Notes: generated from the letters alone by a model not told the origin. Shown: positions 48,901 to 61,300, counted from the first letter of the stretch. The stretch: DNA of 64,000 bases from Schizochytrium sp. TIO01 (GCA_004764695.1 SMSO01000004.1:1364001-1428000); one strand, 5' to 3'. A program made the numbers and translations.

Positions 48901-51900
48901 TGCAATACGTAGGTGATTTGTAGTAGGAACGGACGAACTTGCAGAACTCTCTTAAGAAGGGAAATCCCACACAGCAAAATTAGTCACACACAGATTAAGT
49001 TTATACGCGCTAGAATACTTATTTTCGAATCAGAGCCCCTTTTCGACGCTTGATCTGCTGCCAGGTGCTGCAACTCAGCAAAGCATTGTGCTGAGGAATG
49101 TCTTAGACTTGGCACGGCTCGCTAGTGCAGTTGCAATAGATTACTGAGATAAGGAGGACTACATTCAATCAATAGTTGGAGTATTACGCAGAATTGCTTG
49201 TTGATCAGCAGATCCTTCTAATTTTAAAACTCTACGACCATTTCGAAGAATTTGTAAAGATGTGATCAAAACCAATACATGCGATCTAACCCTTCGTCAT
49301 CAATAGTATATCGTTACGCAAAGAGCACGCCACTACGAACGCCTCGATTGGCGGCCTCTGGAATGTCTCACATGAAGCTTTATCCCGATCCCAGGGCCTG
49401 GAACTTGGAAACGAAACTTCAAGTCACGGCAGCACCGAAATTACAAGCGTTGCGACCACCAAAGCCGACGCCAACAACATTTATAGGTAGAAAGGGTCTG
49501 ACAACTCGCCAAATTTGGCACGAAGACCAAACGGGCCATCTGAGGGAACACGGGGAACAAGATGATCACACTGCATGGAAAAACGAGCAACTGGCCCGGG
49601 AAAACAAGCTCTGCATGAACGTCTACTACCTAGCTACCATGACTGGCTCTGCACATTGAGTGATTAAAGGCCTGCCTTTTAAGCACATCAGAACATAAAC
49701 TCTATTGTGATACTGTAATTATGGAGTGACATTGTGGTGCTCAAGCTGCAAATGCTAGGTTGATGATGGCTTATGCAGAAGAATCTCTCTTCGAAACTAT
49801 AAATGTACGTGGGGCAAGTACGTTTGATTACATTTTGAAGTAAAGAGGTATAGTTAGGTAGGTAGAAGTATTGTTGAAGTAAATCTGGCCTTTATAGTAG
49901 AATGCTATATAAAAAGATATTTCTTCAAACGCTGCTTGCATAGGCTATATGAAAACGATGCAGATGCTACTTCCCCCAATACGTATCGCCGCATTACTCA
50001 ATAAGATCATGCGCAAAGTGCTGCTTTGCTCAAGAACCACAAGTAGAGGGATTACTTGCTAGAACGGGTAAAGGATCAACGTTGCACCATAGTAGAGTAA
50101 AGTAAACAACGGAAGTTTATTCGGATTATTATTGCCATTCGTCTATATTACCGGCAAATCGCAATCACAAACCATAGCGCATTATCGTCACCAAGGTAAT
50201 AACTGCAGTCTTTCTCAACAACCTTGCTCTTGTTCGTTCCATTTCAGGAATGATGCTAAGGTGACTAGTTTGAAGTACTGCGTACCCCAGAGGCGAAAGT
50301 TTTGCGTTGAACCTGAGATGTAAATCTAAATAGCTGGAGGCAAAGAGAACTCATTGCAAAGTGTAACAAGGCATTATAAATGTGTCTGTGTGATGATATT
50401 TTCATATCATCCTAGAGTGGGGCCATGCAAATAGCACCCAGAGAAGTCAAGTTCTTCTTGAGTGTTACTGTAATGCCTTAAGGCACTTCATTATTTCGTT
50501 CGGTCCTTTCCAAGCTTCACAGCAGAAGTCGCACTGAGAAGAGCGTCGACCTTATAAAAAAGCAAATTTTCGTTTGCAAAAGTGCGCTTGACTATACTAT
50601 AATATCACGCATTTTTCGCGGGGCTGGATCTAAATATGAGTAGTGTAGGTTCTACATCATAATGAAAAATTTATTACAACACTATGATGATAAATAGGTG
50701 AATCTCGTTTTGACCGGAGTTGCGCCAAAGTAAATTCCAAACCGATTTCCCAGACAATAGTTTAGCCACAGTCTTGCGTCAAATGCATAGCACCAATCTC
50801 TTTCCGAGGTGAGAGAAATAGAAATGCTAAGATTTGACTCAAAATCCAGAGCACCAGTAGAACGAAATCGCCTTTCTGTGGACTTATCAGAGCGTTGAGT
50901 TTTGGTCTTTGTAGCACCTTTCGAATGTATCTTGCAAGTTTCATGGAAAACATTATACATTTCACTAACTGCTACAACATGCATCATCACCCCCAAGGTG
51001 CTTTGAGGTTGGATAGTGAAAAACCAAAGTCATAGTGTTCTCCTCATAGAAATCAATACGCTGCAAAATCGTGTTCTTGCAATGTTACCGGAGTCTTTGG
51101 TAGGCAGGAGATGATACTAATGCTACTGATACTGCTGTTAGATTAGATTTGCTGAGTTATGACATCTTACTCAAAGGTTGAAAGAGGCTACCCAGTGCTA
51201 CAACTTTCACACGGGTACCTAGGAGATATGAAATCAAGTGACTGCCCTCGTTGATTTACTAGTATCGTAGATGCTCATCCATTCAAGTAGGTTGGACAGA
51301 ACCAGAACGAGTAATGGGCGCCTATGAGCTTTATAGTAACTAGTACGGAGCAACCAGATGGTTGTGCAGAGGTTGATTCATCAGGTCATTAAGAGAAACC
51401 TTAGAACTATACTAGCAATCCTATGAAGGTCCCAAGAGGATACATAGCAAGCGTTGGGACCGTCAGCAATTCCAAATAATCCCTAAAGGTCACTCTGCAT
51501 GTAGCCCTTTGCTGAGCTTGGATTGTATATCAGTGGCTTTGACATCTTAATTGTTTGGTAGAGATAGCAACTGGATTTACGCATGGAAAAGGATAATGCT
51601 TACTCCTCAGTTTTGATAAACCATATGCACCATGCATAGCTTCGCTTATTATCAGCCTGCGAGGTGACAAACATCGTCTTTGTGAATACTTTTCCTCTGT
51701 TGGCTCATACTGGCTTCATTGAAACATTCGGTCAATCTATCAGCGACTCTCCCGCTCGAGATAGCGAAACACAAGGCAGCAACAAGACCATGATTATGTT
51801 CAAAACTTGCATGCGTAGAGGTTGAGTGAATTAGAGATGGGGTCACAGAAGAATCGACAATGAATGAGATTGTAACAACAAGAGAATATCTATGTAAAAG

Positions 51901-51997
51901 TTTAATTTTGTCGTAGAAGATGACTAGTGTATCTCCTCGAGCTAGCTATCGCACAAAAAGCAGGTGTTTGGTTGAAGACAATCGTGGACTGTCATGT

Positions 51998-53359
51998 TTA
52001 ACTCCAGCTCTCAAGGTAACTCGTACGATCACATGAGAAGGGAACGCTGCCAGTGTCTGCAAAGTCAGCCTCGAGGGTGATGATGTTGGCAGCGGTACCA
52101 GCAGTGAGGAGTGCAGTCGCATACACCAGGATAGCCCAGAGAATAATAGTCTCAACGATGCCGATGCTCTCGCCAAGCTTCTTCTTGGCGAAGTAGTGGA
52201 ACAAGATGGGGCAGTGGAATCCAAGGATCGGTCCAAAGAGCGACCCGAGAAGAGACACGAGACTGTCGAAGAAGTACACACCGTTCGAGATGACGTATGC
52301 GAAGATAAGAGTGATGAGGGAGAGGCCAAACCAGATGCTGCGACCCTTCCATCCGTAGTCGTTGACAGTGCTGGGAGAAATGAGGTCATGCATATTCCTC
52401 TGGAAGGCAAGGGCCATAATGAAGTAGGAAACCATCAAGTGGAACACGAGGCAAGCTGCAGCAGCAGAGAGAAGACCGCCATAGGTGTTGGGGTCAACCT
52501 GCTTGATAATGGAATCACTTGCATCCTCACCACTGTAGGTGTATGAGACAATACCAACCAGAAGGTAGAGACCAATTTGCACGGGAGCACTGACATAGAA
52601 AGTCTTGGGGAAGTCCTTCGGCTTGCCCATCTCGGACATCATCTCAAGAAAGACAAAGCAACCAAGGTAGGCAAAGGTGATCTTGGAGAGGGCATTGAAG
52701 AACTCAATCCAGCCCATGTAGCTCGGTGGGCCAGCGGAAACAGTCTCCTTACCCGGAGAGTCCTTGATGTTAATCCAGAGGTAGATAAGTACAAGGAAGA
52801 TGGCAACAACGATGAGACCAAAGTTAATCCAGAAGACGATCATAGCTCCAGAGAAGCTGCGAATCTGGACAGGGATGATAAGGGCGCAAAAGGCAATCAC
52901 ACCCCAGATCGGCTGGCAAAGCTTAACGCCCCAGAACGCGATCTCCAAGGTCTGCGTAAGGGCGAGGAAGTATGATGAGGCGATGAAGATAAAGTAGATG
53001 TATGTCATGGCACGTACGAAGCCAGATGCCCACTTGTAAAGGGTCATGTCGGAGAGAATAGCATAAGAGTTAGCTCCAGGGTAAGCCTGGTAGCAGCGGG
53101 ACAGAAGGATACCCATGTAAATGTTGACAGGGCCAAGAATGGCGATCAGAATGACAGCAAGCACGTAGCCGAGCTCGGAGAAAGCAAGACCCATGGTGAG
53201 AACACCCACACCGACAATCTCACCAATCTCAATCATACCGACGGTGCGCCAGCTAAGGTTGCCTTCATGTTCCTTGCTAGAGACGCTATCAGCGGGGCCG
53301 CTGATGCTGGAGCCCTGCTTAGGGCCCACATCGAATTTGCGGTCATCAGACTCGAGCAT
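51998..53359 (-). CDS. AAAP/Aa_trans amino acid transporter, array copy 5 (intermediate A/B), about 453 aa from the first ATG
   Basis: The ORF-track start at 53458 is a TTG; the first ATG is at 53359 (MLESDD..., matching the copy 4 start MLEAND...). Same TM1/TM6 motifs (IGEIVGVGVLTMGLAFSELG, FAYLGCFVFLEMMSEM..PKDFPK). Confidence 0.9.
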   Translation of the reverse strand: MLESDDRKFDVGPKQGSSISGPADSVSSKEHEGNLSWRTVGMIEIGEIVGVGVLTMGLAFSELGYVLAVILIAILGPVNIYMGILLSRCYQAYPGANSYAILSDMTLYKWASGFVRAMTYIYFIFIASSYFLALTQTLEIAFWGVKLCQPIWGVIAFCALIIPVQIRSFSGAMIVFWINFGLIVVAIFLVLIYLWINIKDSPGKETVSAGPPSYMGWIEFFNALSKITFAYLGCFVFLEMMSEMGKPKDFPKTFYVSAPVQIGLYLLVGIVSYTYSGEDASDSIIKQVDPNTYGGLLSAAAACLVFHLMVSYFIMALAFQRNMHDLISPSTVNDYGWKGRSIWFGLSLITLIFAYVISNGVYFFDSLVSLLGSLFGPILGFHCPILFHYFAKKKLGESIGIVETIILWAILVYATALLTAGTAANIITLEADFADTGSVPFSCDRTSYLESWS

Positions 53360-53514
53360 TGTGCCGTAAGACAATGCTCTACTACTATGACTTGACGCTG
53401 TAAGCTTGTCGCTGGAGGTCGACGTGACCAAAACTTTATTATGAAACTTGCTATGCAAGCAGCTGTCAAGGCTGCTGCTGCTGTTGTGATTTAAGTTTTG
53501 CTTCGTTTGTCTCG

Positions 53515-53530
53515 AAGTTTCGAGTTTGCT
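53515..53530 (-). promoter_or_regulatory. Conserved leader motif upstream of permease copy 5
   Basis: AAGTTTCGAGTTTGCT, 156 nt upstream of the ATG (57 nt upstream of the in-frame TTG). Confidence 0.55.
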
Positions 53531-54232
53531 GGATGGTGGTTTGCTCCGAGACTATTTTTTTCAATCATCAGCTATCATTAATTACATATGCTTGCTTGTG
53601 CTCACATGCAGAGAACAGCGATCTCTCACGGCATGTTTTCTTACGAGAGCTATTCTTAGCTTTCCCTAAGTATTTCCTATGTTTCGGGCAATCAATTTTA
53701 TATGAAGAGAGCTGGAGTTGAATAATCGAAACTTTTAGAAAGCAGTGTCTTGTGCTGAAACACGAAGAGCTTTCTTTTATAATAATATTAATTTAATTTT
53801 AAAAATAAAAAGAGTTTTTTGAGTCATAGACACTACGAGTGCCTATAAGGTCTTACTCTGCATGAAAGAGTTTATGCATTTATATTTAAAAAGCTTTTCA
53901 TGTAGGAGATGATAATTGTTTTACTCAAAATTAAAAATTAGAAACATTATTTTTCTTACTCAACTCTGGCTTTCATCCTTTTGATAATATATAACTTCTT
54001 CATATTTTCTTTTGAAACAGGGCTTTTAAGTTTGCGTTGGAGGGTATTCCATTTTTAAAACATTGATGTAACAAGAAGCATCATCTGATCTTACCAGCTA
54101 GGGTCATCACCAGATGGTCTCTCCGAGCGCCGCGACTATGGAATATTTCTTTTTCTTGGTGCTATCGCAGACACATGAAGGATTCACTAAGCAATGATTC
54201 GTACTCTCTTAATGATTATTTTTTGTATCTTG

Positions 54233-54270
54233 ACGAACATACGAGCAGCAGGCTCTGCTCGCCCTGTTCG
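54233..54270. promoter_or_regulatory. YGYTCG cluster (convergent pairs) upstream of permease copy 5
   Basis: CGAACA about 54234, CGAGCA 54242, TGCTCG 54256, TGTTCG 54265. Confidence 0.45.
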
Positions 54271-54630
54271 TGTCACTTGTCACCTCATCACAGAAAGGGA
54301 TGAATCAATGGAAAAGTTGGCGAATGCAAGAGGCGTTTCGCATTCTCGGCACCTTGCTTGAATAGATCCATCCCTACCCTCATCTGCAATACGTCATGGT
54401 TCACATAAGAATGAGAACCTTGGCCACCTTCTTCTTCCCAAATTATTTCTTCCGCGAAGGTTTCATCACTCGCCTGCTCTTCAAACAAACACAGGTCTGT
54501 CTCTAAATAAACCTGAGCTGCTCAAGATTTCGCGTTCCTAATTTTATTTTCGGCTTGATGGATTGTTCCCAGTTCGCAACTGCACGACAAAGCACTTGGA
54601 CAAATTTCGAGTCGGCAAGACCTCCTCAAG

Positions 54631-54664
54631 TTCTTCTTCTCCTTCTTCTTCTTCTTCTTCTTCG
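54631..54664. repeat. (CTT)n microsatellite, one interruption
   Basis: Directly visible. Confidence 0.85.
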
Positions 54665-55173
54665 ACTCACCTCACATCAACACAGCCGCCATTGCCTCAA
54701 TATCCGCCGTCATGATTAACACCTGTAGGCACGGCTATCGTGAACAACCTCCTGTTCGATCTTGGTCTTCTTGAAGCTGCGGAGCAATTTTTTCCTGCCA
54801 ATGGTAACCCCGAGCAGCCGTTTGCTCGCACGCCTTCGCCGCGCATACGGGCGGCGCCGAGGCCTTCCTCGATTCCTCACGTTTTGCTGTGCTCCTCCAA
54901 AGCCCACTCAGATCCTTGTGGAGCCAAGAGCTGCGCCAATCGAATACAGCTTTCCCAGTCGACATAACGCTGCGTCTTCTTAGCCAAACCCAACTTTTAA
55001 CTAAAAGATACCGTCGCCGCCGTATCGCTCAGGATCCTGAATGGTTCATCGCAGTTCACGACTCCCCAGCTTAGGCAAACTTAGGCACGCTAACACCAGG
55101 CAGCTAATACTACCTAAAGAGAGGACAGAAGACCCCAGAACCCCAAATAATCGATCGATAAGTAAATAAACAA

Positions 55174-55214
55174 CAACCAACCAACCAACCAACCAACCAA
55201 CCCGCCAACCAACC
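55174..55214. repeat. (CCAA)n microsatellite
   Basis: Directly visible. Confidence 0.9.
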
Positions 55215-55326
55215 AGCCCGCCAACGAAACAAGCGAGGACGCAAGCCATCAAACATCCCATCAGCTGGCCAGTCAGCCAGTCGAGCAGCCAGTCAACCGG
55301 CCTATGATGCTCTTCGAGCTTATTCT

Positions 55327-55383
55327 CAAACAAACAAACAAACAAACAAACAAACAAACAAACAAACAAACAAACAAACAAAC
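55327..55383. repeat. (CAAA)14 microsatellite
   Basis: Directly visible; explains spurious ORF 55046..55381 (FVCL repeats). Confidence 0.97.
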
Positions 55384-58300
55384 GACAGTCGAGAATGTAA
55401 CTAATTATCTGCGCTGTGATTGAGACGACCTCCTCCTTCCTAGCAGTTGCTAGAACCTTCCTACCTCAGGCCCCGGTTCGGAGCCTCCACGATCTCGAGC
55501 ACGCACGAGCAGTGCTTTCAGTGGTCACACCGAACCACGCACCTGCTCTTCATTATCTATATGTTTCTCTAGTAGTATGCTAATCTTTCGAAGGAGGAAA
55601 CAGTCACATACATAGAGAGAAACAGAGGATTTTAACAGTTTTGATATAGAATATCACGGTATTTTTATTATATTTAGAATTTTTAAAAGCGTTCTAATTC
55701 CATATAATTTTAATTTTAAAAGGAGAAAGAAGAAAGTAGAAAAATAAATGAAAATAAGGTCTGCTATGGTGCTTAGAAAGAAAAGAGAAGAAAAACCTTA
55801 AAAGAAACTATTAAATAGTGACCTGTTTTGTTCATAAGAATAATGTTAAAGAATCAATCGTTTAATCTCTTCGAACGCGCGATGAGACAACGCCAGCTCT
55901 TCATAGAGGAAAGGGCAAGAGAGATCTTGGTGGATGAAATCACGCCAGAGTGTTGATTGATATCTGTGCCCGACCCTTTACAGAGCTGCTTATATACTTT
56001 GAGCTGTTGGTGGTGAAGACAAAGGAGGCTACAGCGTAGAGTGCGTCGGGATGGCTCGGCTAGAATATTTTTCATATATTTACAATTTCTCACTGCCATT
56101 GGCGCGTTCTCAATGAAAAAGGATTGATCTCACTGAACTACCTTTAGCCAATTGTTAGCTTCTCCTTTAGTATATTGATTTTCTCATTCCTGCTTGGGAT
56201 TTGAGCTTGAGCTTGGCTATGCCTTGTACAATGCTTGCAGGTTGCAGGCAAAAAGTAGCACAATCCTTGACTGCTCGCTGTCATTGCAAATCTGCTCGCA
56301 GAGAAGAGATGTAGGCTGATTTATTTGAAGCAGCCAGTTTGCTGGTAACAGTCACCAGGAATAAGGGACGCATTACACGCATCCGAAGATAACCTAAATA
56401 TACTTGTCGATTGCGAATATAGAAGGAAGTTGGGTATGTCCGCACTCAAATATTTTGAATCAAATTTTTAGGGGTATAGAACCTCTAGTTTTATTCTCAG
56501 CAATACATAAAAGATGAGTGATACGATACATTAGAAAACCCCAAACAATAGCTGGTTGAAAATTGGCAGCACAGCAAAACAGCCTATTTAAATCTATTGC
56601 ATCTTCGAGTCTAATTTGCATCAGGGCGAATTGCGAGCAGGGCTAAGCAAGCCCCGCATGCATCATTCAGAAATTGAAATCCATCCAAGTTTCTGTATCC
56701 TGTCACTCTAGTGATAATTTGGAAAATTAACCTTTCCATTCCCACATATTGTCCTTCAACAAATGTATATGCTGTAAAGTGGGCTCCTTCTTTTTTTCTT
56801 TCTTCTTTTCATAGAAGCAAAGAGACTCGTTGCATTTAAGAAATTAATCAAAAGTCAACATAGTAATTTAAACGAAGAGTGATATACCTCGAAATCTATG
56901 CGCGCATCTGTTAAAGTTATTGCGGGCTGAGCTTAATAAAATAGCAACACTATTTTTCAATTAATGATTGATCTTGCAGGCTTGTCGGTCCATTTTTTAG
57001 CATCAATTTAATCAAGCATTTGACCATGTCAATATTGCATGAACATTGAGATGATGGCACAGGATCAATACGTCATTGTATTACATAATTTCGCCTCACT
57101 GGATTCATGATTGTTTTCGTTCCCAAGGCAGCAAAGCTGACTGCGTGCCTTGCAGGCACTAATATCATGCATGTGGCTGCGCATGTTATCTTAGAAGGCT
57201 GGTATTTCTAAACATGGTATGATCCTGTACGCAATAGTAGAGGGCTTTGCATTCAAGAACCATTTCTCGCTTGCAACATAGATAAAATTATTGCAATCAC
57301 AATAACAACGTTTTAATTCCTGAGAAGCTACGTTGCTGTCCAATTTATCAAAGAAGTCCAACCTCCTTGAAAAAAGAGAGTATCCTCGTGTATTCACTGT
57401 TAAGACCTCTTAGAGGTTTAATCTAAAAAAGGTTTTTGTTTTCTTTCTTTTTTAATTTAAAATAAAAAAAGAGAAGGAAAAAAAACAAAAAAACACGAAA
57501 ACATAGTTTTATTCTTCTTTCATATTGTCATTGTCTGCCTTTTAAGTTGTTCTGAAAAGAATCCTTTACACGGGACGCAAAATTTCACCGTCCATCAGTA
57601 TGAAATAACTTATGACGAATGGCTGATGGCTGATGGATAACGTCTTCAAGGCAGCTAGCTGCGCGTGTGGTTTCGTTTCGTCGTCTTCGAAAAGATTTTG
57701 CTCGCAAGGCTACTCAAGGCGATGCCCAAATTCGCCATGTGTCGTGAATTGCCACTGAACTACCCCGCATAGGTTATAGTGCCTAATAGGGTATTATTAC
57801 GCATAGGAGCATCAGGGATGGGTAGAGCTAGTTCTAATATAAAAATGTTGTCGCTCGCAATGCTCGAGTTTATGACGTGCCAGGATTGTCAAGGGATCAC
57901 GGTCTTCCATAGGAGCTTGATTTTGTAGAATGCTTTGACTCGGGCCGGACGAACAATGGATTGCTTGAGCTAACTTGGCATGGAGAGAACATGATTCAAA
58001 CCCCTATAATAACAAATCGTCGGCTCGGAGCCTTTGCTGCCGCAAATTTGCTGAGAATTGATTTTCTTCTTGGAAAATAAATCAACACAGAGAATGGATC
58101 ATAGAGTCGTAAGAAAGGGAATAAATACATACCCTTTTGAAACCATACGCAATTTCGCAAGCAAGACTTGCACCACGGCTTAGCAGCTTAAACCGCGGGG
58201 CAGTCTTGCCCCGATTAAAAACCTTCCTTCGGGCTGCCATCCTAGCGACCCACTATTCATAAGATGCCAAAGAACAGCAACAATGCACCAGCGGTGAGAA

Positions 58301-61300
58301 TTACTGTGCTTTACTCACCTCGGCAGACAAAGCAAAAACATTGGTATTGTCAAAGCAGACTTCTGTGAGAAGACCCTGCTCGCCACCTCATATACATCAA
58401 AGGAGTTGCTTTTGGAATAGCCTATTCTCGATCTGGAACTCTGAATCTACCAATACTTTTTAGCTTCCTATCCCTAATTCATTCGAGGCAATATTCCCAG
58501 GATCACAACATGAGAAAGCGGCCGCGCTAGGGAGACTTCTACAGGCAAGTTCTGTCTTGAAGTGGTCATCCGCGGCCCTTGACCGATCTCTTCACCGTCG
58601 AGCAAGCAGTGGCCAACGAAGAACACTTATGCCGACCCAGAGATCCGCAATTGAGCCCTAACCCCTTTACTTTAATAAAAACAATAAAAAACATGAAGAG
58701 GTAAATCAGTAATATATCAACAATAACGAAGGTTTTAAAATGTATTTTTAATTAATTTGAATAAACAACAAGCACTAATTATATTTAATTAAAAAAATAA
58801 AAATAATGGCAAGTACAATACCAAGTGGAAGACCCGGTACCTTGGTTAGATCGTTCACAGCAGAGGCCAGTGAGCTTTTTGTTTTCGTGTGCCGTGAATT
58901 CATTAATTGCATGCTATATTTCCACGACTGACTCAGTGCGGACACAGACTACCTTAGCTTACGCTAGGCGGCGCAACACGAAGACTTAGTATGACTGTCG
59001 GCAGCATGTATGTAACAATGAAAAAGAAAGGGGCGGGCTTATTTCTCAGGCTTCCTTCATACTTAAAATGGAAATGGTTGATTCATAGTTTTCATCAAGA
59101 GTTTAAAGCATCTCTGTTCCCCTGATTATAACATTCAACTCCCCCTCTGCATGAAACTGGTCTTTGAAACTCATTGTTGCATGACATTGAGAGGGTTTTC
59201 AATGAGGCCCTCTGAATCAGAAAATGGCCTTAGTCTGATAAACCTGTTATACAAAGAGAGAGTACGCACACCCCTTTAAACCCATGGAAAGTAGGCTTTT
59301 TTCTCGCAACGTTGTGTTTTGCCCTTTTCCTGGACGCTGAGGAAGACACAGAGACGGGCCCCAGTAAATCTCCTGAACTGGAGACCTCGATGAAGAGTGC
59401 TGCATATCCGAGGCGAAGACATTAGGTGCCTGAGCGAAGGCTAAATGTCTCCAAAGCTGCGAAAACAGCGAGCAGCGCAAACTTCAACCGTGAGTATCTA
59501 ACTTGAAAAAACATGTATTTTTTTCAGTTTATTTGTCTATTCAGGGAATCAAAACAAGGCGTACTAGAAACAGCGGCTTTATTTGTTTGGGGTAGTACTC
59601 TTCGCTAGAAGATATATTCAGACCGATAGAAAAGTAAGCGAATGCTAATTTGCCTACGAAATGACTTCAAAGTGATTCCTGTTTATGCTAAAGCAAATGG
59701 GCAATAAAGCTACTACGGCGATGCGACTACATTCTCTGGTTCTATTGCAGTCGGAGGAAAAAGCTCTTTTTACGAAGCCGCGCAGATCGTACTAGACAGC
59801 AAGGTAGCCTAACTTCCGAATGAAAATAAAACTCACTAGAGCTGTCGAAAACCACCATCGAAACATAGCGGGTTGCGCAAGTATATCACCCACGTTCTAC
59901 CAACTTGATCTTGCAAAGGCACCTGGCTAGTGTCACGCCATTGCCTTGTAGAGCATGTATGAATTTATTCTAAGAATTATTTTGAAGAGCTCTACGACTA
60001 GGTTTGATCGTTTGCCAATTTGAATGATTGAATTTCTTGTTCTTAAAAAAAATAAGCTTGGACAAAATGCCACGTGCCATACTTGATTGACTAGTTTGAA
60101 TTGCCCATTGAAGACCACCGCAAAGCATCCATTGAACATCGCCTCACCTATGCATCGCTGATGAAATTAACATGTCTATGCTTGCTTAAATGTAAGCTCA
60201 TCAAGGTGAGAAGTAGTTTATTTAGGCAAACCACTGTGCAAGTCTTCAAAAGTTGGGGACGGTAGCACGAATCAGGGATAGACAGAGCACTGTCTTTCGA
60301 ATATTTACATGACTCTTGAATGTTGGGGCCTCTTACTTTTTCCCTTTTGGTTAATCCAGTCACGGCCTTTCTTAACCTAAAAGTGGCTTTTTTTTTCAGT
60401 TGCTTCGCAAGATGCAATTGAGATAAGAAAATGAAATTGCTTTGAGTATTTTTTAGTAAATAGGCGATCTCTTTTCAATCATAACATTTTAAAATACAGA
60501 CAGCTCGTATGTAAAGCCAGCCGATGCGAGCATTTCTAAGCAGCCTTCTAGAATAAGCCGCCCTTGTATGCGCGGTTAGATATTTATATCAAGAATTCAA
60601 AGCTTGAGAACTTAGTCATCTAGTCCGCATTGTTTAATTTTCCATAAGACTTAATAAACTACGAATCCAATCCATCCAGGAGATACGTTCCTTTTAGTGG
60701 TTGAGAATTATACAATTAGAATTCTAAAGGTTGTTTCTTCTTTTGCAACTAAAGTAGGATGTCTAAATTTGAATATGGGTATGAGGCACTCTTTGAGAGA
60801 GTGAAACCTATGGGCACCTTTAAACAAGGTCCCGTGTAGATTTCTCCAGCTAAGTACAAGGGCTAGCATTCGTTTTACTTGTTAAAGCATCAGTGATCTG
60901 CTTATCTTAATTAGAAAAGAAAGCAACATTCGAGACGGCTCACTAATGTTTTCGACCTTCACTTTTTCCGAGTAGCAGAAGTAAACTGTGTTCTTACTTT
61001 GCTAGCGAGCAATTTTTTTTTTAATGCTACTAAACAGCCTCAAAATCTTCAATTCAATGCGGGTAAACACGTAGTAACACTTGCCTTGGTCTGCATACAT
61101 TCTTCCCCTTTCGTTTACTCTTTCTTCTTCGCCTTAAATAGTTGCCATCCATGGTAAACTCATTGCTCGCTATCATAAATAAACTTTTGTTTAAACCTTC
61201 ATTTTATTCTTTAAAAAAAAAAAAAAAAAAAACTTATTTTCATGACCTTGTTTTCGTTAAACAAAATTTTCAAGAAAGAAGAAGAAGAAAAAATGTTGGA

